Shown: positions 45,286-54,256, counted from the stretch's first letter. The stretch: DNA of 64,000 nucleotides from an uncultured Candidatus Binatia bacterium (GCA_965213675.1 OZ243916.1:3328001-3392000); one strand, 5' to 3'. Made by a program: numbers and translations. Notes: generated from the letters alone by a model not told the origin.

Positions 45286-45467
45286 GCATCGCGTACTGCC
45301 GCGTAAGCTTCGTCCTAGCGACTTGACCGGTCTATGAGGAAATCCACCTTATTGGCGGACAGGACGCACCGTGTGGCGTTGACCACGGTCTTTCTCGCTT
45401 ACACCCGACCCGCCGGCATTGACCAAGGTGTCCGTCGGCAGTAAGAGTTTGAACGCGGATTACGCCC

Positions 45468-45570
45468 CAAGCCATTGATTTTGTTAGAAACGTCTGTACA
45501 CCTTTCAGGCTCTGCATCTCCTTATTCTGTTATAACTACAATAATTGTATGAATAGTGTTGGCAACTATG
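45468..45570 (+). promoter_or_regulatory. AT-rich leader of the conjugation operon with an IHF-consensus site and palindromes
   Basis: CAAGCCATTGATT (45468-45480) fits the reverse IHF consensus; TGTACA 45495-45500, GTTATAAC 45529-45536, TACAATAATTGTA 45537-45549. Confidence 0.4.
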
Positions 45571-45617
45571 TGATTGTCGTGCTAGACTCTCAGCACTGAC
45601 CATGAGGAGGACCATAA

Positions 45618-45812
45618 ATGGCGAGAAAACCCACGATCCGCGAGCTTGAACAGCTCTTGGAGTCCGAAGAGGATACCCCCATCGAAATACTGCCGAACGG
45701 CGAGATTCGCGCCCGGGGGGGGAGCGATGCCGCAGAGCGGGGCTACAAGAAGCCTCTCACAATGCGAGAGGACCTCGGCGGCGAGTATGGGCGAGGGGGG
45801 ATCCGGGCATGA
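45618..45812 (+). CDS. 64-aa small protein, candidate peptide modifier
   Basis: Strong GAGGAGG RBS, ATGA coupling to next gene; C-terminus DLGGEYGRGGIRA. Confidence 0.75.
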   Translation: MARKPTIRELEQLLESEEDTPIEILPNGEIRARGGSDAAERGYKKPLTMREDLGGEYGRGGIRA

Positions 45813-46183
45813 ATCTGACAAGGGTTCGCCATGAGATCGCGGCCGCTCAGCAGTACTTCGACTACGTGGAGGGCCATCCAACCCCTGAAGGAGGCGTGAT
45901 TGCGTTGATCGCCTTGCAGACAAGCAGGGATGTGTACACGATGGCCGTCTCCTTCCCGGAGTCTTACCCGAACGGGATGCCGGAGGTGCATGTCAGGAGG
46001 CCCGCGTTGCGACCATCTCCCCACAGGTACACGGACAACAAAATCTGTTTCTTGCATCCGCGCATGTGGAACCCGGGGCGCCACAACCTCGCGTTCGTGA
46101 TTCAGCGAGCGGCGAAGTGGTTCGCGAAGTACGAGGTATACCTCGAGACAGGAAAATGGGCCGGCGTCGAAATTAAGCACTAG
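45809..46183 (+). CDS. Prokaryotic E2/UBC-like protein
   Basis: FPESYP..MP, PHRYTDNKICFL, WNP: UBC YP...P / H-x7-C / W.P pattern. Confidence 0.75.
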   Translation: MNLTRVRHEIAAAQQYFDYVEGHPTPEGGVIALIALQTSRDVYTMAVSFPESYPNGMPEVHVRRPALRPSPHRYTDNKICFLHPRMWNPGRHNLAFVIQRAAKWFAKYEVYLETGKWAGVEIKH

Positions 46184-46187
46184 TACG

Positions 46188-46718
46188 ATGGCGATCGAAT
46201 TCAAGCCATTGCCGATGATGGCATTGCGAAGCAGGCCCGGCGAGGTCCTGGATGAGGTGTCCCGAGATGGCGCAGCGTTCCTCATCGAGAGAAACGGGCA
46301 ACAGAAGGCTTGTCTTGTACCGATATCGTACTTCCTTCCAGACATTCAGACGTCCCGCGTCGCGGAGGAGTTGGACAAGATCATCGACTCGAACGAGCAC
46401 TACCGGATCACAATCAGCGGCCAGCGGGAGATTCAACTCATATTCCGGGAGTTCAGTGGCGAAACGCAGGTCGACGTGACGGTAACGCTACCCCACGGCT
46501 ATCCGAACAAAGCGCCGGTTGTATACGCGGCGCCGATCGATGACGGGTGTCCACACCGTTGGCCGGATGGGACGTTGTGCATATACGGTGCCGTAGCTGT
46601 GTGGAACCCAGGAAAACACGACGTGATGCACGCGGTGGCGCTGTTCAGACGGTGGATCCAGCACTACTCGGTTTGGCGGCAGGCCGGACAATGGCCGACG
46701 GAGGGAACTGAACCATGA
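46188..46718 (+). CDS. Phd/YefM-like DNA-binding domain fused to an E2/UBC-like domain
   Basis: N-term LRSRPGEVLDEV..DGAAFLIERNGQQKACLVP; C-term LPHGYP..AP, PHRWPDGTLCIY, WNP. Confidence 0.7.
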   Translation: MAIEFKPLPMMALRSRPGEVLDEVSRDGAAFLIERNGQQKACLVPISYFLPDIQTSRVAEELDKIIDSNEHYRITISGQREIQLIFREFSGETQVDVTVTLPHGYPNKAPVVYAAPIDDGCPHRWPDGTLCIYGAVAVWNPGKHDVMHAVALFRRWIQHYSVWRQAGQWPTEGTEP

Positions 46719-47566
46719 AGGGTCGGTTGTTCGCGAGGATCGAACAGCTATTCGATGTGAAGGCGTTCGAAGACCTTTGGGTGTTGATTGCAGGGTGCGG
46801 ATCGGGCGGTGGCCAAGTGGCGCTGCAGTTGGCCATGTCTGGAGTGAAGAAGTTCATCCTGGCGGACACGGATAAGCTGGAAGTGGAAAATGTTATCCGG
46901 CACGTCTGCGGGATCCGGTACCTGGGTTGGAAGAAGACGGCGGCCCTTGCTGACGTCTTGAGTGACCGCAACCCGCAGATCGAAGTCAAAGAATTTTACG
47001 GCGACGTAACAGCGTGGCCGAGACTGGCAGAGGAGGTCGAGCGCGCGAGCGTTGTAGTCTTGGGGACGGACAACGAACCGAGCCGGTATCGGCTGAACGA
47101 GGTCTGTGTGGAAACGGCGACGCCGTTCACGGTTGGTCGAGTCTTTACGCGAGGAATTGGGGGTGAGGTGTACTCCTACAGGCCCGGGATCGGCGGCTGC
47201 CTGGCCTGCCTTGAGGGGCTTCTTGAGCGGAGCCAATACCGCGACGGTGTCAGGGAAATCGACCTCGTTTCGGAGGAGGAGCGGCAGAAGGTGTACGACC
47301 TTGAAATCGAGGAGATCAAGGACTCGCCCGGCCTATCGGTGGATATCGGGTTCATCGCAGCCTTCCACACGCGGTTCACTTTGGACGCACTGGGCCACGA
47401 AGCGGAGTCCCCACCTAAGTTTATGACGCCGATCGACCATAACTACCTAGTGTGGGGAAATCGAGCCGTGTACCCGTTCTCGAAGAACTTCGAACTGCAG
47501 CGCATGAAGCTGCCACCGCAGGACGGATGTCTGGTTTGTGGAGGACAAGATGAAGGCCAAGAGTAA
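46715..47566 (+). CDS. ThiF/MoeB-family E1-like adenylyltransferase
   Basis: GCGSGG, D.D...N..RH, K, GTDN..SR, Zn pairs CLAC and CLVC. Confidence 0.88.
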   Translation: MKGRLFARIEQLFDVKAFEDLWVLIAGCGSGGGQVALQLAMSGVKKFILADTDKLEVENVIRHVCGIRYLGWKKTAALADVLSDRNPQIEVKEFYGDVTAWPRLAEEVERASVVVLGTDNEPSRYRLNEVCVETATPFTVGRVFTRGIGGEVYSYRPGIGGCLACLEGLLERSQYRDGVREIDLVSEEERQKVYDLEIEEIKDSPGLSVDIGFIAAFHTRFTLDALGHEAESPPKFMTPIDHNYLVWGNRAVYPFSKNFELQRMKLPPQDGCLVCGGQDEGQE

Positions 47567-48467
47567 GGTGCGGGAGGTACGCTTGGAGATCCCGGGAGTC
47601 GTCCTGGAGAGCGTGTTCGAGGAGTGCGACCGCTATGACCGCGAAGAGACGGGGGGGCGCGTGGTAGGCCATTTCACCATAGATTTCGGGACGCTGGTGG
47701 TGCACGTCGGGGGAGTGATTGAGCCGGGTCCAAATGCCCACCGCACAAGCACCAGCTTCTTTCAAGACGGCGATCACCAAGCTGAGGTGTTCCGCCAACT
47801 CGAGGCGGAAGACCCATCGATCGAGCATCTTGGCAACTGGCATACACATCATGTGAACGGATTTCCGAGGCTGAGTGCAGGCGACGTGGCGACCTATCGC
47901 CGGATCGTGAACCACCAGTTACACAACCTGGATTTCTTCTACGCATTGCTTGTGACGAATAGAAACGAAGGCCGGACCGGACTGGACCGATATGCAGTAC
48001 GGCACCACGTGTTGTTTCGTGGTGAAGAGGCCGTCCACGAAATCCGACCGGCCGATGTACACGTAACGGTCGGGCCGAGGATCTGGCCAAAGGAGGCAGA
48101 CTCTTCCACACAAGCTCCTGGCGCAGGTGGCGCAGAGGACGACGGGGCGCGCGGGATTGTTGAAGTACGGGGGCGGGACCAAAGTGTCCTAGGCGTGCTG
48201 TGCCCCTCGATGGAACCCCGGGTGTCAAACCAAACGGGAACGTTCTTTTGGAAGGGTTCGCTGCCGTTAATCGACGGGTCCACGGTAGAGATTCGGGTCG
48301 CCGAAGTCGAAGACGACGGCGGACTGCTCTACTACCCCATCGTCTCAGGCGTGTCGGCGGATGTGGCTGAGTTGTGCGAAACACCATTCCCGAGCGCGTC
48401 CCACGCGGTCCGTGCGTTGGAGTCGCAGATAAATCGGGAGATTTACGAGTCCGCGATAAGGCGGTGA
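47550..48467 (+). CDS. JAB/MPN metalloprotease with C-terminal extra domain
   Basis: EETGG, GNWHTHH...LSAGD JAMM motif; GGAGG RBS before ATG 47550. Confidence 0.82.
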   Translation: MKAKSKVREVRLEIPGVVLESVFEECDRYDREETGGRVVGHFTIDFGTLVVHVGGVIEPGPNAHRTSTSFFQDGDHQAEVFRQLEAEDPSIEHLGNWHTHHVNGFPRLSAGDVATYRRIVNHQLHNLDFFYALLVTNRNEGRTGLDRYAVRHHVLFRGEEAVHEIRPADVHVTVGPRIWPKEADSSTQAPGAGGAEDDGARGIVEVRGRDQSVLGVLCPSMEPRVSNQTGTFFWKGSLPLIDGSTVEIRVAEVEDDGGLLYYPIVSGVSADVAELCETPFPSASHAVRALESQINREIYESAIRR

Positions 48468-48477
48468 GGGCCAAAAT

Positions 48478-49302
48478 ATGGAAGTGTTGACGCTTTACGT
48501 CGGACAAGGGAATTTCGCCGTCATCCGCCACGGTAGGCAGGCTATCGCAGTGGACACTCGGTGGCTTGCTGACCAATCAGACGATATCGAGTCGACGGTG
48601 GGCCGCTTCCTGCAACGGCGGGAACTTGTGGGCGTCGTGTTGACCGGGTTTGATGACGATCACGCCGATCCCGTCGGGCTGGACTGGTTTCTTGAGAACT
48701 ATACGCCCGGCTGGGTGATGTACCCAAAATACTACAAGGATACCGACAACGCGGAAGCGGTCTTCAACGTGGTTCGGAAGCACGAGCGGCGTCGCCAGGG
48801 CACAGCAAACCCGCTTGAGCGCGTTTCTGTACGGCTTGATCGGCTGGAGTCCCGGTACCTCGATGATCTGTCGGAGGAATTCCAGCTAGAGTTGTTCTCA
48901 CCCCACGTCGAGGACATGGACAGCTCTAACAACTGCAGCATCGTGCTGAAGGTGGAAGGAATCGGTCCGGGCGGATTTACATACTTGGTTACGGGCGACA
49001 CGGAGGTCCCCCGGTGGGACCGGATCGTCCAACTTTTCGACGACGCGTTGGACTCGGACGTTCTGGCGGCGCCACACCACGGATCGAAAAACGCCGCTCA
49101 CCCTGGGATGGTCTTGGCGGTCACACCGAACACGGTGCTTATCAGCGCGGGAGTCGACAACCAGTACGGGCACCCGGACAGAAAAGCGGTGCAGTTGTAT
49201 CTGCGGGTGGCGAAGCGCGTATTTCGGACAAACGTGCGGAACGGAATTTCGCTTCTCACAAGGCGAAACGGCGGGGAGTTCCAGACTACCCGTGTGCGTT
49301 AA
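48478..49302 (+). CDS. Metallo-beta-lactamase-fold hydrolase (ComEC/Rec2-like)
   Basis: VGQG, TGFDDDH, NNCS, TGD, APHHGS, NQYGHP. Confidence 0.85.
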   Translation: MEVLTLYVGQGNFAVIRHGRQAIAVDTRWLADQSDDIESTVGRFLQRRELVGVVLTGFDDDHADPVGLDWFLENYTPGWVMYPKYYKDTDNAEAVFNVVRKHERRRQGTANPLERVSVRLDRLESRYLDDLSEEFQLELFSPHVEDMDSSNNCSIVLKVEGIGPGGFTYLVTGDTEVPRWDRIVQLFDDALDSDVLAAPHHGSKNAAHPGMVLAVTPNTVLISAGVDNQYGHPDRKAVQLYLRVAKRVFRTNVRNGISLLTRRNGGEFQTTRVR

Positions 49303-49462
49303 CGGTCGATGGAATTTTCTTCTGCCCATTGGCGCCACCAACATCCTGGCGCTCTTAGGCGAGCCCTAGACTGAATGATTGGGAACACTTCCAATGCGTT
49401 GGGGCTCTTCAACACAACGGTGTGGAACGGGAAAAGCCCAAACAACCCGAGAGGAACGAATT

Positions 49463-50587
49463 ATGACCTTTGAACTACCAACACGCGGGCTCGTTTTTTG
49501 GCCAGTCGGAAACGGTGACAGCACCACCATCGTCATCGACCCCAAGACCTGTCTCCAGATAGACCTCAACCACCTCGAGAAATCCGAGGACGACGACGCC
49601 TCTTGGCCCGTGGTTGATGAACTTGTCAAGCACCTGCCCAAAGTCAACCGCCGCCCCTATCTCGCTGCGTTCGCGCTCACACATCCTGATCAGGACCATT
49701 GCCGGGGCTTCGCCAAACTCCTCAACGAAGTCGATATCGGTGAATTGTGGTTTACACCTAGAGTGTTCCGTGAGTACAAGAAGGACCTCTGCGACGACGC
49801 GGTGGCATTCAAGAAGGAGACGGAACGCCGCGTTCAGAAGGCTATCGACGCCAAGCACGCCCCAGGCTCGGGCGACCGCATTCGGGTCTTCGGCTACTCC
49901 GACCTGCTGGAAGAGGACGACTTCAAGGATTTCCCCAAGGATCGCCTAACTGTCCCCGGTAATGAACTTACCGTCGTCGACGAGAAGGACTTGGCTGGCC
50001 ACTTCCGCGCCTTCGTCCACGCTCCGTTCAAAGATGATGACGCGGGCGAGCGGAACGATACGAGCCTCGCCATGCAAGTCACGCTCCACGCTGGCCCGCA
50101 AAGACTTCGCGCGCTCCTTCTTGGAGACCTTCCCTACCCGATCATCAAGCGCATCTTCGCGATTAGTGACGCCGAGGACCTCGCCTGGAATGTGCTCCTC
50201 GCACCCCACCACTGCTCGAAGGCCGTAATGTACTGGAAGAATGACGGCGACGACGACGAGAAGCTCAAAAAGCACATCGTCGACGAAATGGACGAGGCGG
50301 CACAGGACCCGAATCGTGTCGTATCCAGCTCCAATCCCGTGCCGTCATCCAACAAGGCTGGCGACAACCCGCCTCACGCCAAGGCAAAGACGCAGTACGA
50401 GACCATCACCGACTCCTTCCTGTGTACGATGGACCAGGATGAACCTATCGTGGCTGAACTTGACCACCAAAGGATCGTTCTCGCCGGGGTTGCGACGGCC
50501 TCCAAGTCCGCATCGCAGGCCGCAGACGAAGCGCGCGGCTCAAACAGACCCCCCGACGGCGCCCACACCTACGGCTGTGGCAAATGA
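49463..50587 (+). CDS. Metallo-beta-lactamase-fold protein of the type found beside E2-E1-JAB fusions
   Basis: VGNGDS, THPDQDH, NDTS, GD, APHHCS, PPH; C-terminal tail HTYGCGK; GAGG RBS before ATG 49463. Confidence 0.85.
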   Translation: MTFELPTRGLVFWPVGNGDSTTIVIDPKTCLQIDLNHLEKSEDDDASWPVVDELVKHLPKVNRRPYLAAFALTHPDQDHCRGFAKLLNEVDIGELWFTPRVFREYKKDLCDDAVAFKKETERRVQKAIDAKHAPGSGDRIRVFGYSDLLEEDDFKDFPKDRLTVPGNELTVVDEKDLAGHFRAFVHAPFKDDDAGERNDTSLAMQVTLHAGPQRLRALLLGDLPYPIIKRIFAISDAEDLAWNVLLAPHHCSKAVMYWKNDGDDDEKLKKHIVDEMDEAAQDPNRVVSSSNPVPSSNKAGDNPPHAKAKTQYETITDSFLCTMDQDEPIVAELDHQRIVLAGVATASKSASQAADEARGSNRPPDGAHTYGCGK

Positions 50588-53500
50588 GTAATGGCTACAC
50601 GCTCGCTGGCGAACAGCTAAGGGAGATCGCCGAAACATCGGAAGGCACCGTTCAAATTCATGACGAAACCACACGGCCAAGCGGCTACCGCCAGTTCGAC
50701 GTAAGCATGCGCTTCGACGGCCTTCAACGTGTCGAAGACGGACTTGCAGTGCGAGCCCGTGAGCCATTCCGCGTCATTGTTTCACCTGCCTTCCCTTTCA
50801 AACATCCCGTTGTCGAGACGCCTCACTCTCGTTTCGCCGGCTTCCGGCACGTACAGTGGCGGCGGAGCCCCTGCCTGTACCAAAGCTCCTCCGATTGGGG
50901 CCCAAGCGACGGCATGTACGGCTTCATTACGCGCCTCGACGCCTGGATACGCGACGCCGCACTTAACAATCTCGACCCGGACGACGCACCCCTCCACCCA
51001 CCAGTCGAGTACCCCACGGTCCATCGCCTAATTGTGCCCAAGGCAAATACGCCGGCGGTCTCTGGCACGCCATGGTTTGGATTCGCCAAACTCCGCGAAA
51101 GGAACCATCGCACCGAGATCATTGGATGGGAAGAGAACAGCCAAGAAGGCTCTGACTTCGCGCCTGCAATCCTCCTCCACGAGAATCTTCCCTTCGAATA
51201 CCCCGAAACTGTCCACGCTCTACTGAAAGAACTCGAATTCCACGGAATCGACTATGTGCCCTTTGTCTTCCGACTTGCCGCCCAGGCACGACGCAGCGAC
51301 GCAGGCACACCGCTAACCGTAGTTCTTGGAACTCCGATGCGCCGCGTCGACCCGGGGGGGCCTACCCTTCAGCACTTGGCCGTGTGGGAGATTTCTGCCG
51401 ACGACGCGGACAAGCTGCGCGAGCTGAACATCTCCGCGCAGTTCCGCGGGTCACCGCGATGGGAAGCCGCGACGACGGCGGTCGCCGAATGGGCTGTGTT
51501 TGCCAAGGTGGGGTGGTGCATCGTCCGTGAGATGCGGCCCGAAGTGACCAGCAGACGCGACCATTCATCAGCCATGGCTTGGTTTCGTGGAAAGCGTGTG
51601 GCCATCTGGGGTTGCGGCGCCGTAGGCACTCACGTGGCGGAATCGATTGTACGCGCCGGGGCCAGAACCGTTGAACTCGTCGACAACAAGACTGTTGCAC
51701 CCGGTCTCCTAGTACGGCAAGTCTTCGAAGACGCCGACATCGGAGAGTTTAAGGCCCAAGCGCTCGCCGAACGACTTAAACGGATCGAACCTGACCTCGA
51801 GACACATGTTTCAACCGACGACCTTGTCCTACGTATCATAGGTCCACACCCGGTCCCGGAGGTGGACTTGATAGTCGACTGCACAGCTTCATCGGCCGTT
51901 CAGACAGCCCTCGAGCGAGCACTCCAGGCCGTCGACTCACGCCCCGCGATAGCTGCTGTATCCATCGATAGCCAAGCCGCCACGGCCATTGCCACTCTCT
52001 CTTCGCGCAACCACAGCGGTGCGACCCTCGACCTTGTTCGCCGGCTCAAGCTGGAAGCATGTAGCACACCGGCGCTTTCGAAGGTCCTTGAGGCATTCTG
52101 GCCAAGAACAACGCCAAGTGAGCGCTTTCAGCCAGAGCCCGGCTGTTCGGAACCGACGTTCATCGGTTCCGACGCAGATCTTGCCGCGCTATCTGCGCGC
52201 ATGCTGAATTCCATCACTCACGCTATTGGAAACCCCCGCGATGGCCACACGGGGGCAGGTTGGTTGTTGGAAGAATCGGGAGCGTTACGTGGTTTCGCGT
52301 GGCCTCCGGACCACACCCTGAGGGATGAGGGGCGGGGCTACTCCGTCAGGGTATCTTCACTGGCCGCGCGGGAAATGCGAGGATGGGCTAGGCGTTCCGC
52401 ACGTACGGTCGGCTCAACAGTCGAGACGGGCGGCCTCGTCTTCGGCGAGCTCAACGAAGCCGCGACCGTTCTCTGGGTAACAGATGTCGAGGGACCGCCA
52501 CCCGACAGCGAGGCAGCTGGGGATCATTTCACCTGCGGCACGGACGGCATGGAAACCGTTGCCCAAGAAAGGCAACGCAGGTTCCGTGGATCTGTAGACT
52601 GCCTCGGTAGTTGGCACACCCACCCAACGTCAGCACCCCATCCAAGTCGCGTCGACATCGGCGCTGTCATACAGCTTCTCGCCAACCCGGGTTCGACCCG
52701 TCGAACTTGCCTTGTTTTGATCCTCTCTGGTGACCCGGATGACCCAAGACTGGGCGCGTATGCCTTCAGAACAAAACTAGTCGGCGAAACGCTCATCCGC
52801 ATCCAACCAAGCGCGGCTGCAACCGCGTCCCTTGGGCCAAAGCCAAAGAAACCGCGCAACATCGGAACTGCCCTCTCAGGCGGAGGCTCGCGCGCCATCG
52901 CGTTCCACCTCGGGTGCCTGCGCGCCCTGCACGACCTCGATCTACTCAGCCGTGTTCAGGTAATTTCGAGCGTCTCCGGCGGGTCTATAATCGCGGCCAT
53001 GTACGCCTATTCTTGCGACTCGTTTCGGGAGTTTGACGCGCGTGTTGTAGAGCTTCTTCATCGAGGATTCAAACGGGATATCTTCCGCGAGGTGTTCAAG
53101 CTGGTTTCAATTGGGAAGATCCTGCGACGCCATGTCAGGGCGACCGCGTCTTTCCTATCTCGCACGTTCCTTCGGCTACTTCACGCCGTCGTGAGACCGG
53201 TTGTGGCTCATCGCCAAGGCCCGCCGCCGACCCGCACGTTCAGCCGCACGGAGGCGTTTCGCGACATCATTGCCACCTCCCAATTCGGTGACACCATCGT
53301 ACGCGACGTCGCCCGACATTCACTCCATACGGTCATCAATGCCACAGAACTACGAACCGGCTCCGCATTTCGGTTCGGAAGCAGCCAAAGCGGCTGCTGG
53401 CGATTCGGCACGATTCCCCCCGAAGACGCTCTGGTTGCAGACGCCGTGGCTGCCTCGGCGGCGTACCCGGCACTCTTCCCGGCACTCGAGCGCGAGTACC

Positions 53501-53994
53501 GCTTCACGAAGAACGGGTCCAGCACCGATGCCGCGCGCGTTCTGCTTACCGACGGTGGGGTCTTTGAGAACCTCGGCGTGAATCCGATGGAGCCGGGCCG
53601 GACACCTTCGGTCACCACTAACGTCTTCGACCCCGACTACATTATTTGCTGCGACGCGGGTGCTGGTCTATTCGATGATGACAGCTACCCGACACGTTTG
53701 CACACCCGGATATACAGATCGTTCCTCACGGTCTTTCGCAAGGTCCAAGACGCCACCCGAAAACGCCTACACCACCTTGCCGACGCCGGGGAAATCTCCG
53801 GCTTCGCGTTATGCTATCTCGGGCAGCAGGACAATGCCTTGCCCTGGGTACCAGCAGGTCTTCCTAGAAGGGATGAGGTTCGAGATTACCCTACCGACTT
53901 CGCCGCGATGTCAACGGAAGACGTCGATCGGTTAGCTCTCCGTGGAGAACTCCTGATGAGGCTTCTCGTTGCGTACTACCTCCCAGACCTCTAA
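50584..53994 (+). CDS. E2-E1-JAB-patatin four-domain fusion
   Basis: E2: FPFKHP, HVQW..SPCLY; E1: GCGAVG, DCTAS, EPGCSEPTF; JAB: ETGG, WHTHP....PS.VD; patatin: LSGGGSR, SSVSGG, DGG. Confidence 0.85.
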   Translation: MSNGYTLAGEQLREIAETSEGTVQIHDETTRPSGYRQFDVSMRFDGLQRVEDGLAVRAREPFRVIVSPAFPFKHPVVETPHSRFAGFRHVQWRRSPCLYQSSSDWGPSDGMYGFITRLDAWIRDAALNNLDPDDAPLHPPVEYPTVHRLIVPKANTPAVSGTPWFGFAKLRERNHRTEIIGWEENSQEGSDFAPAILLHENLPFEYPETVHALLKELEFHGIDYVPFVFRLAAQARRSDAGTPLTVVLGTPMRRVDPGGPTLQHLAVWEISADDADKLRELNISAQFRGSPRWEAATTAVAEWAVFAKVGWCIVREMRPEVTSRRDHSSAMAWFRGKRVAIWGCGAVGTHVAESIVRAGARTVELVDNKTVAPGLLVRQVFEDADIGEFKAQALAERLKRIEPDLETHVSTDDLVLRIIGPHPVPEVDLIVDCTASSAVQTALERALQAVDSRPAIAAVSIDSQAATAIATLSSRNHSGATLDLVRRLKLEACSTPALSKVLEAFWPRTTPSERFQPEPGCSEPTFIGSDADLAALSARMLNSITHAIGNPRDGHTGAGWLLEESGALRGFAWPPDHTLRDEGRGYSVRVSSLAAREMRGWARRSARTVGSTVETGGLVFGELNEAATVLWVTDVEGPPPDSEAAGDHFTCGTDGMETVAQERQRRFRGSVDCLGSWHTHPTSAPHPSRVDIGAVIQLLANPGSTRRTCLVLILSGDPDDPRLGAYAFRTKLVGETLIRIQPSAAATASLGPKPKKPRNIGTALSGGGSRAIAFHLGCLRALHDLDLLSRVQVISSVSGGSIIAAMYAYSCDSFREFDARVVELLHRGFKRDIFREVFKLVSIGKILRRHVRATASFLSRTFLRLLHAVVRPVVAHRQGPPPTRTFSRTEAFRDIIATSQFGDTIVRDVARHSLHTVINATELRTGSAFRFGSSQSGCWRFGTIPPEDALVADAVAASAAYPALFPALEREYRFTKNGSSTDAARVLLTDGGVFENLGVNPMEPGRTPSVTTNVFDPDYIICCDAGAGLFDDDSYPTRLHTRIYRSFLTVFRKVQDATRKRLHHLADAGEISGFALCYLGQQDNALPWVPAGLPRRDEVRDYPTDFAAMSTEDVDRLALRGELLMRLLVAYYLPDL

Positions 53995-54256
53995 CGATCG
54001 ATCCCCCCTTTCCACTGCGCACCGTGCCCTCAGGAGCGGAGACTTCGAGGGTCATCGCGATTGGAACCTACGCCGGTGATGCCCAACAGTACCAGCGACC
54101 CTCAGCACCGAAGGATAAGGGGCCCCCGGACAATAGTCCTCGACCCGTCCCGGACCATTCGGCGATCAGCGCGCTGATCGCCCTCGTCGTGCGGGGGCGG
54201 TCCAGTGGCCGTCGTGATTTACGGCTCGTATCAGCTGTGAAACTGGATGTGGTGAT

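Noticed and set aside
45618-45812. Pup/UBact assignment because of 64-aa length and a GGE motif
   Set aside because: GGE is internal, and there is no PafA/Dop ligase or proteasome gene; the context is E1/E2/JAB
46715-48467. Sulfur-carrier or cofactor biosynthesis role (ThiF/MoeB plus JAB)
   Set aside because: No ThiS/MoaD carrier or biosynthetic enzymes; E2s and island context point to conjugation
45618-53994. Calling the locus type II CBASS, Pycsar or Bil
   Set aside because: No CD-NTase, cyclase or recognisable beta-grasp protein is present; the AbiEii nucleotidyltransferase is a separate TA toxin over 5 kb away
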